From assembly GCA_020632395.1 (NCBI GenBank), contig JACKFQ010000001.1:377900-441899 (forward strand): a DNA stretch of 64,000 nucleotides, written 5' to 3'. Position 1 is the first letter of the stretch; every line of letters begins with the position of its first letter. The position numbers and the translations under genes are program-made. Below the pieces are notes generated by a model that was not told the DNA's origin, made no database searches, and saw only the letters and a list, made by a program, of their open reading frames with translations. Positions 58,770 through 64,000 of the stretch are shown one piece after another. The stretch is from Candidatus Nomurabacteria bacterium (GTDB lineage: Bacteria; Patescibacteriota; Dojkabacteria; SC72; JAHDCA01).

Positions 58770-60869
58770 ATGAAAGATCTAAATAGAGCTATACCAAGTA
58801 TAGAACTGATCGAAAGATTAGAGAAATTTGCTGACACAAAAGATGAGAACGATATTATCCGCCTCCTGATCCGTACACTTAAAGCATTTCGTAAGTATAA
58901 CGTTCTCGCATACTATCTTATGATCCTATCAAGGTCTGTTTTTATCGTACTTATATACCTTTCTCTTTATTTCCCAGGGCAGATAAACAGTCAGGTGGTT
59001 ATACCTTTGGTCTTTCTACTCTTATCAGCTCGAGTTTTTTCACGTCACAAACTTTTATCATACAGAAACAGGTTGAGCAGGATCCTTGAAAATCTTTTTG
59101 ACAAACTACTTGAGATGATCCTACAAAGATACAAATCCTCACTGGGTGAATATCTCCCACAGTCGCCCAATATCAAAGAGATTTGCAAAGATCTAGTGAA
59201 TGCAGTGTTAGCAAATACAAATCTTAATAAATCAGAGTCCGTGATAATAGGAAACTCTTCCGCTGTAATAATACTTATCATTTATACAGCTGTTACACAC
59301 CAACCAGTGCCTTATGAGTTGGGCTTGTTGGTACTCATCCTTTTCATCTTGTACCATATCCTCACACATTATGGGGATAGTTTTACTAATATGAGTATGT
59401 TGTTACTTCAAGATATTGACAAGCTAGATTCCCGACTTAAAGACACTAAACCCCTCCTCACAACAACAAGGATCGATCTATATGATTCAGATTATATCGA
59501 AGACTCAGAGACATTGATCCGGTTGATATCAAAAATAAATATACTCCATACTACGATAGAAGATCTTATACCATTTGTTTTCATTTTGATCCCTATTCTT
59601 GCTGGATCTCAGCTTGCGATCCCTTTGATCGCCTCTATGATTGTTATGAGTTACCTATCCGCTACATTGAGCATTACAAATCTAGAACAGATACATAATG
59701 CCCAAAAACGCCTGGAACAGCTAGATGAGCTGGTGGGTTCGATCCGACTTTGTGGTCAAGAGATTAACTCAAGCAAATATCTATCACTCGGCAAGGAGGT
59801 CTGTGATCAAAGGATATCTGCAGGTTCGTATGATAGTATGGGGAGCTTTAGAGTTGAAGATCTGAAGTATTTTGTTGGGAGAAATAGTGAAAAATATCAG
59901 ATCCATGCATCCGAGCTAAAATTCCCCACAAAGAAGATCTCCATCCTACACGCAGGATCTGGTAGCGGAAAATCAGTTCTTGGAAGAGTCATAACCATGA
60001 AATATGCAGATTTTACAGCCAAATTTATTGGGAGAGGAAATTTCGATTTTAGATGCTTTGACTCGCTATCCGATGCTCTATCAGTTTTGCATTTCAGCAC
60101 CCTCAGAAGTATTGAGACCAGCTATAGGAATATTTTGAGCGTTTATCTTTTCGATTCATCGATCCAGAATTCTTTTATTGACAAGATCATTGAACTCTCC
60201 GAATCAAGATCATACGAAAACGTACTGAAATATTATGAGGATTACAAAGATTACTATTCATCTGTACTCCACGATCAAAATATTCAAGATATCCTAGATC
60301 ATAAGGATCGTATAAATCCTAGGGAACTCACGATTAAAAGCAGAACAAAATTGGCAGAGCTGTTCAGAAATATCGAAGGAGGCTTAACAACTGAAGAGTT
60401 AATAGGTATTGGTAATCCTTTGTTGAGAATTGGACTAATTGCAGAGTACATAGCCTTTACCCATCTACAAAAGTTCATACCTGAATCAAATCAATTCTTT
60501 ATGGATGCGATCCTCTCGGAACCACCGATCTCCCAAGGACAAAAAAGGAGGGTACTTTTTGCGATAGATATCTTCCTCAAGGGTGATCTGTATGTAGCTG
60601 ATGAACTACTTACAAATCTCGATTTTGAATCAGCCAAGGGTATGTTGGATGAGGTTATCAGTTATACAGAAAGATACAACGCTCCTATTTTGGTGCTTGA
60701 TCAAGAGTTAAACCTTTCTCTGGTGAAATATCTACAGGAGAAAAAGAAGTTAGGAAATATCTATACATTCAAGAAGAGTGGGGATTCAGGTTATGAGATC
60801 GTACGAAATCGAATGTTAACCCGCGAGACCTATCATTTGATATCAAGATCAATGACGCAAGACCTCTAA
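58770..60869 (+). CDS. Fused ABC exporter-type protein (N-terminal 6-TM domain + C-terminal ABC ATPase) with atypical Walker B (LDQ)
   Basis: Walker A HAGSGSGKS, signature-like SQGQKRR, Walker B ILVLDQE; TM helices in first 320 aa. Confidence 0.6.
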   Translation: MKDLNRAIPSIELIERLEKFADTKDENDIIRLLIRTLKAFRKYNVLAYYLMILSRSVFIVLIYLSLYFPGQINSQVVIPLVFLLLSARVFSRHKLLSYRNRLSRILENLFDKLLEMILQRYKSSLGEYLPQSPNIKEICKDLVNAVLANTNLNKSESVIIGNSSAVIILIIYTAVTHQPVPYELGLLVLILFILYHILTHYGDSFTNMSMLLLQDIDKLDSRLKDTKPLLTTTRIDLYDSDYIEDSETLIRLISKINILHTTIEDLIPFVFILIPILAGSQLAIPLIASMIVMSYLSATLSITNLEQIHNAQKRLEQLDELVGSIRLCGQEINSSKYLSLGKEVCDQRISAGSYDSMGSFRVEDLKYFVGRNSEKYQIHASELKFPTKKISILHAGSGSGKSVLGRVITMKYADFTAKFIGRGNFDFRCFDSLSDALSVLHFSTLRSIETSYRNILSVYLFDSSIQNSFIDKIIELSESRSYENVLKYYEDYKDYYSSVLHDQNIQDILDHKDRINPRELTIKSRTKLAELFRNIEGGLTTEELIGIGNPLLRIGLIAEYIAFTHLQKFIPESNQFFMDAILSEPPISQGQKRRVLFAIDIFLKGDLYVADELLTNLDFESAKGMLDEVISYTERYNAPILVLDQELNLSLVKYLQEKKKLGNIYTFKKSGDSGYEIVRNRMLTRETYHLISRSMTQDL

Positions 60870-60978
60870 TTGATAACAATGCTCACTTCCGTAAGGTCGT
60901 TTTTATTACTCACCAGTCCCTCCCGGGCTTGCGTCACGCTTCGAGAGACACAACTTAGACAAACCTTCTCGAGACCAT

Positions 60979-61293
60979 CTAATTTCTGCCACTTTTGCTA
61001 CGCTGTCGATGTGGACAGCCCGACCAGCAACAAGGTCTACGTTTACCTTTAGATATATCCTCCCCTAACCTGACGATGTGGGACTTTCTTGTTTCTGGTC
61101 TTTTCACAATTGTCACCCAACAGATCCATTCGTTACGAGCAAGAGGTGTTAGAGAATTCCATCTTGTCAAAATATCTTGATCAGACAACAACTTCTTTTT
61201 TAGATCTTCAGGGACTTTGTGAACTACACCAGTAGATACTTTTATTCCAATCATTTGAAACAATCGTGTGAAATATTTGAATAATAGTATCAC
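60979..61293 (-). CDS. YdeI/OmpD-associated (DUF1801) family protein
   Basis: C-terminal LTPLARNEWICWVTIVKRPETRKSHIVRL matches the conserved W...AKRPETR...RI block. Confidence 0.55.
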   Translation of the reverse strand: MILLFKYFTRLFQMIGIKVSTGVVHKVPEDLKKKLLSDQDILTRWNSLTPLARNEWICWVTIVKRPETRKSHIVRLGEDISKGKRRPCCWSGCPHRQRSKSGRN

Positions 61294-61389
61294 GCCACGC
61301 TAGTCATATAGAAATGCTAATAATCAACGATGTTTGAGTAGGTAGGTTCAGAAACCAGATGTGTGTTGAATATATGTGTTTACCAAATA

Positions 61390-61623
61390 TTAATCATCTG
61401 ATTGACCAGAATCGAAGCTTGGAGGACTCCAAGGCTTGTTTTCATCTAATTTTGTTCGTCTCATGGCTTCATCAGCAGGGTCAGTGTTGTGGGGTACTGG
61501 TCTTGGCAAATTAGCTTCTGCTGAACTTTGAATACTTTTTGTAAGCTCAATCACATCATGGGGAAGTTTCTCATCAAATCTAAGGTGTCCTGTTCCCTCT
61601 GTTGTTGGTGTTTTTGGTGTCAT
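61390..61623 (-). CDS. Hypothetical small protein
   Basis: 77-aa ORF adjacent to an IS element; no motif. Confidence 0.3.
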   Translation of the reverse strand: MTPKTPTTEGTGHLRFDEKLPHDVIELTKSIQSSAEANLPRPVPHNTDPADEAMRRTKLDENKPWSPPSFDSGQSDD

Positions 61624-61759
61624 GAGCGACCATCTAAGATTAGATTATAAAATTTACTTCAACTATTTTTTATAGCAAATCTGACAATTTCTGGCAAATC
61701 GGGAATGGCACACCACAAATCTTATATTCGATAGGTTCGAAGTGAAATTATCATGCGAT

Positions 61760-62305
61760 TGAGCCGACTCCCTCGGCATGAATGCCGGGGATTCCGGCTA
61801 GGGGTGTCATTTTAGGATTGTGAAGAAATGTACCTTTTTACCACCCCCTCTTCTATCTCACCTACTGTTACTGCAAAATAGCCGTCACACCAAAAGCTAT
61901 CCCCCCATAGAAACTCATCTAGGTCTGGATACTCTTGTTTTAATAATCGACTACTCACACCTTTAATCTTATGCATTACCGATGATAAACTCTCTCGTGG
62001 TTTAATTTGGATTAACATATGAACATGATCAGTCTTGATTGCTAATTCCTCTATCCACCATTTATTTAGTTTACAACCTTCATACAATATCTCTGTTATG
62101 CGTGTTGATATATCCTTACGAAGGATGTTCTTTCTCCTTTTGGGTATCCAGACTACATGATACCGAAGTCTGTGTTTTGTGTGAGATCCGCTCCAATATT
62201 TCTTCACATCCTAATTATGACACTTCGCTCAGACGCCCTCAACAATGCTACGCCTTGTTGTGGATCAGTTCGCTTCATCCCCAGTCTTAAAAGACTTGGG
62301 GTATT
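61760..62305 (-). mobile_element. IS200/IS605-family insertion sequence (tnpA only, no tnpB) with subterminal hairpins
   Basis: tnpA ORF; imperfect palindromes cggcat-ga-atgccg (61769-61789) and ccccagtctt-aa-aagacttgggg (62279-62301) flank it. Confidence 0.55.
61812..62207 (-). CDS. tnpA: IS200/IS605 family transposase TnpA (HUH Y1 transposase)
   Basis: HUH motif DHVHMLI, catalytic Tyr in DGYFAVTVG, 131 aa typical size. Confidence 0.9.
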   Translation of the reverse strand: MKKYWSGSHTKHRLRYHVVWIPKRRKNILRKDISTRITEILYEGCKLNKWWIEELAIKTDHVHMLIQIKPRESLSSVMHKIKGVSSRLLKQEYPDLDEFLWGDSFWCDGYFAVTVGEIEEGVVKRYISSQS

Positions 62306-62556
62306 CGCGTCGACTCAATAATTTGGTCTCCCATGCCAGAGGACCCTTTCATCATTATCAAGAAAATCATTAACTGTCTTCATGTCACGATCCATAATTT
62401 ACAACGACTAACATCCAACCATTGAACCCATTTATCCAGGCCAATTTCAGAGATATTCGTAAATATCTGGATATCAACATAGTATCATTTCATACACCAA
62501 CTTGAAATATCATAAGTCACTTTACGAGCCTTACGAAAAGCTGTTAGATCAAAACG

Positions 62557-62976
62557 TCACAGATTCTCTTTCAGGGTGCCATATTCTTTTCTGGAAGGCC
62601 ACACCTGTCCTGCTTCCTGCTTGATCATGCCTCCATAGATCTTTGCATTAGGTCTTAACTTCAGTTTTTCGGATAATTCCTTAAGATGCAAGAAAAATGT
62701 GTTTTCTGCTTCTTCACTAATTTCAAAATCATATCCTACATAAAAATAAATATCCCCTTTATCATCAACAGCTCCTCGCACTAATGAATTCATTAATTCA
62801 TCATGTTCTCTTGAGATCCAACCCTCTCTTTCAAACCATACAGCATGAGAATACGGTACTTTTGCTTTTGCAATATGCAGTTTATTTTCATAGATACAAA
62901 ACATCCTCCTACTTCTATGAAAAGCCACAGTTTTTTCATCTTCTGAAAAACCATATTTTTTATCAAATTCATCCAT
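62557..62976 (-). CDS. Hypothetical protein (139 aa)
   Basis: Complete ORF, no motif. Confidence 0.4.
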   Translation of the reverse strand: MDEFDKKYGFSEDEKTVAFHRSRRMFCIYENKLHIAKAKVPYSHAVWFEREGWISREHDELMNSLVRGAVDDKGDIYFYVGYDFEISEEAENTFFLHLKELSEKLKLRPNAKIYGGMIKQEAGQVWPSRKEYGTLKENL

Positions 62977-63166
62977 AGTTAACCTAAATAGTAAAAACTT
63001 ATTATGAATATCTACACTTGTATTTGTTATTGTGTAATTACTTCAAGTCTGACGATGTGTTTATTATACAATCTTGATCTTTTTTAAGATATTTTTTAAG
63101 TTTGTAGTATATTCCAAGTTTCTGTACAGCCGTTTGTTATACACACATCAAATTTGCATTATACGA

Positions 63167-63421
63167 TCAGGGATAGACTAGATATTCCCATAATAACTTC
63201 CATCTATCGAGCATGATACTTGGATCAACATGTGAGGCTGGATGAAAGTTAGGTATTATGACTGCACCATTTTGTTCGATAACTCCACTCCCTAATTTAC
63301 TGATCTTTTCAGTCAAACTTTTCCCCTCCAATTTCAGGTCGTAATATCTTTCAACTTGGATCAATGCGAGTTCGCCTAGTGGCATAATTATCATCGGTTC
63401 AATTATTTCTATTTGTCTCAT
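63167..63421 (-). CDS. Hypothetical small protein (84 aa)
   Basis: ORF only. Confidence 0.3.
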   Translation of the reverse strand: MRQIEIIEPMIIMPLGELALIQVERYYDLKLEGKSLTEKISKLGSGVIEQNGAVIIPNFHPASHVDPSIMLDRWKLLWEYLVYP

Positions 63422-63630
63422 TAAATATTCATACGAATTTTCTGTTTTTTGTAATTCATATTCACTTACCGGTTATTAATCTTCAAACCATCCTATTGTA
63501 CAAATTATTCCAAGAACACGAAATGCAAATTTAACGCAATAAATACAATATACACACAAAATCCTACTACTCAACTTTTTCAGTAGGATCTTGATCACAA
63601 TTTCTTTCGGATGGTTGATGAACGTGATTT

Positions 63631-63658
63631 CACCTGTCCCGACTATAAGTTAGCGGGA
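63631..63658. repeat. Copy 2 of CACCT-NN-CCCGACTATAAGTTAGCGGGA motif, directly abutting the 3' CCA end of tRNA-Ser
   Basis: Identical 21-nt core to 25671-25691. Confidence 0.5.
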
Positions 63659-63748
63659 TGGCGGAGAGACAGGGATTCGAACCCTGGGTACGCTTGCGCG
63701 TACAACGGTTTTCAAGACCGTCCCTTTCGACCGCTCAGGCATCTCTCC
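63659..63748 (-). tRNA. tRNA-Ser (anticodon UGA), class II, CCA encoded
   Basis: Manual cloverleaf: acceptor GGAGAGA/TCTCTCC, anticodon stem ACGGT/ACCGT with loop CTTGAAA, variable stem GTACGC/GCGTAC, T-arm CAGGG-TTCGAAT-CCCTG. Confidence 0.85.
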
Positions 63749-63898
63749 AATACTTGAGGATTATATCACACACTTGCCAGATCTTAATGCGCATCATAAT
63801 ACATAGGGCTATACCCGGCACTCAATCGAGTGAAAAGATGCTTGAAACAATTTACAAGATCACCAGAAACTGGAAGCTCCCAAAACTGCAATTAATTT

Positions 63899-64000
63899 TC
63901 AATCAGGTACACCATTTCCAAAAACACCTCGGATCACCTCATCAAGAGCCATTTCTCTGATCTCGAGATCTTCTATAGGCATACTCTGAAGGATCGAGGT
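63899..64000 (-). CDS. Partial CDS (C-terminal 33 aa, ...LEIREMALDEVIRGVFGNGVPD*) entering from beyond window end
   Basis: Open frame from the window edge to the stop at 63899-63901; identity unknown. Confidence 0.3.
   Translation of the reverse strand, partial: TSILQSMPIEDLEIREMALDEVIRGVFGNGVPD

Noticed and set aside
25666-63658. The two copies of the 28-nt motif as att sites bounding a 38-kb integrated element
   Set aside because: The interval contains prfA, nrdAB, rpsF-ssb-rpsR, ychF, cca and other core genes; no integrase at either end.
63658-63960. 100-aa plus-strand ORF (MAERQGFEPW...)
   Set aside because: It is the antisense/overlap reading of tRNA-Ser and its flank; the tRNA cloverleaf fully explains the sequence.
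1-64000. Alternative genetic code (UGA recoding, code 25 as in some CPR lineages)
   Set aside because: Conserved proteins (RuvB, DnaB, RF1, NrdA, YchF) are full length in the standard-code ORF track and several genes terminate at TGA.

Overview
This 64-kb window is gene-dense, moderately AT-rich bacterial DNA that appears to use the standard genetic code. Long ORFs such as RuvB, DnaB, RF1 and NrdA close on normal stops and show no sign of UGA recoding. The gene content fits a Candidate Phyla Radiation (Patescibacteria-like) genome: a reduced core, several giant or insert-rich proteins, and an archaeal-type AMP salvage pair.

Recognisable blocks from start to end:
- 1-343: a truncated CDS running in from upstream in GC-rich sequence, followed by a GC hairpin.
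- 576-7119: a 225-aa acidic helical protein overlapping the start of a 1961-aa membrane-spanning giant protein with Asp-rich, Ca-binding-like loops.
- 7345-9737: an MthK-like K+ channel, then a XerC/D-family tyrosine recombinase with two large insertions.
- 10485-14415: a membrane protein plus the classical yebC-ruvC-ruvA-ruvB cluster.
- 14506-18831: a 943-aa TraD/VirD4-like coupling-type ATPase with a tandem-repeat tail, and an LCP (LytR-CpsA-Psr) protein.
- 19175-21447: lgt-lspA-rluD.
- 21456-24312: a zinc-ribbon membrane protein with a hyperacidic segment, tRNA-Leu(CAA), and dnaB.
- 25246-28754: a CsoR-like small regulator divergent from rpmE-prfA-prmC-dcd.
- 28774-32931: nrdB-nrdA, with a putative NrdR operator upstream.
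- 33410-38635: an htrA-like protease, ctp, and two unknown genes.
- 38806-38963: a 45-bp tandem repeat array.
- 39070-40384: rpsF-ssb-rpsR with a strong terminator.
- 40990-49281: ychF, a transglutaminase-like membrane protein, AMP phosphorylase plus ribose-1,5-bisphosphate isomerase (the RuBisCO-linked nucleotide salvage pair), a beta-CASP MBL ribonuclease and an EEP-family protein.
- 49909-53932: CCA-adding enzyme, an MgtC/DUF4010 membrane protein and an AstE/AspA-family hydrolase.
- 53982-60869: a Dda/RecD-like helicase operon with membrane and TolB-like partners, and a divergent fused ABC exporter.
- 60979-63748: a YdeI-like protein, a lone IS200/IS605 tnpA, unknown small genes and tRNA-Ser(UGA).

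No CRISPR array, rRNA or obvious prophage was found. Several short intergenic repeat families are described in the findings.
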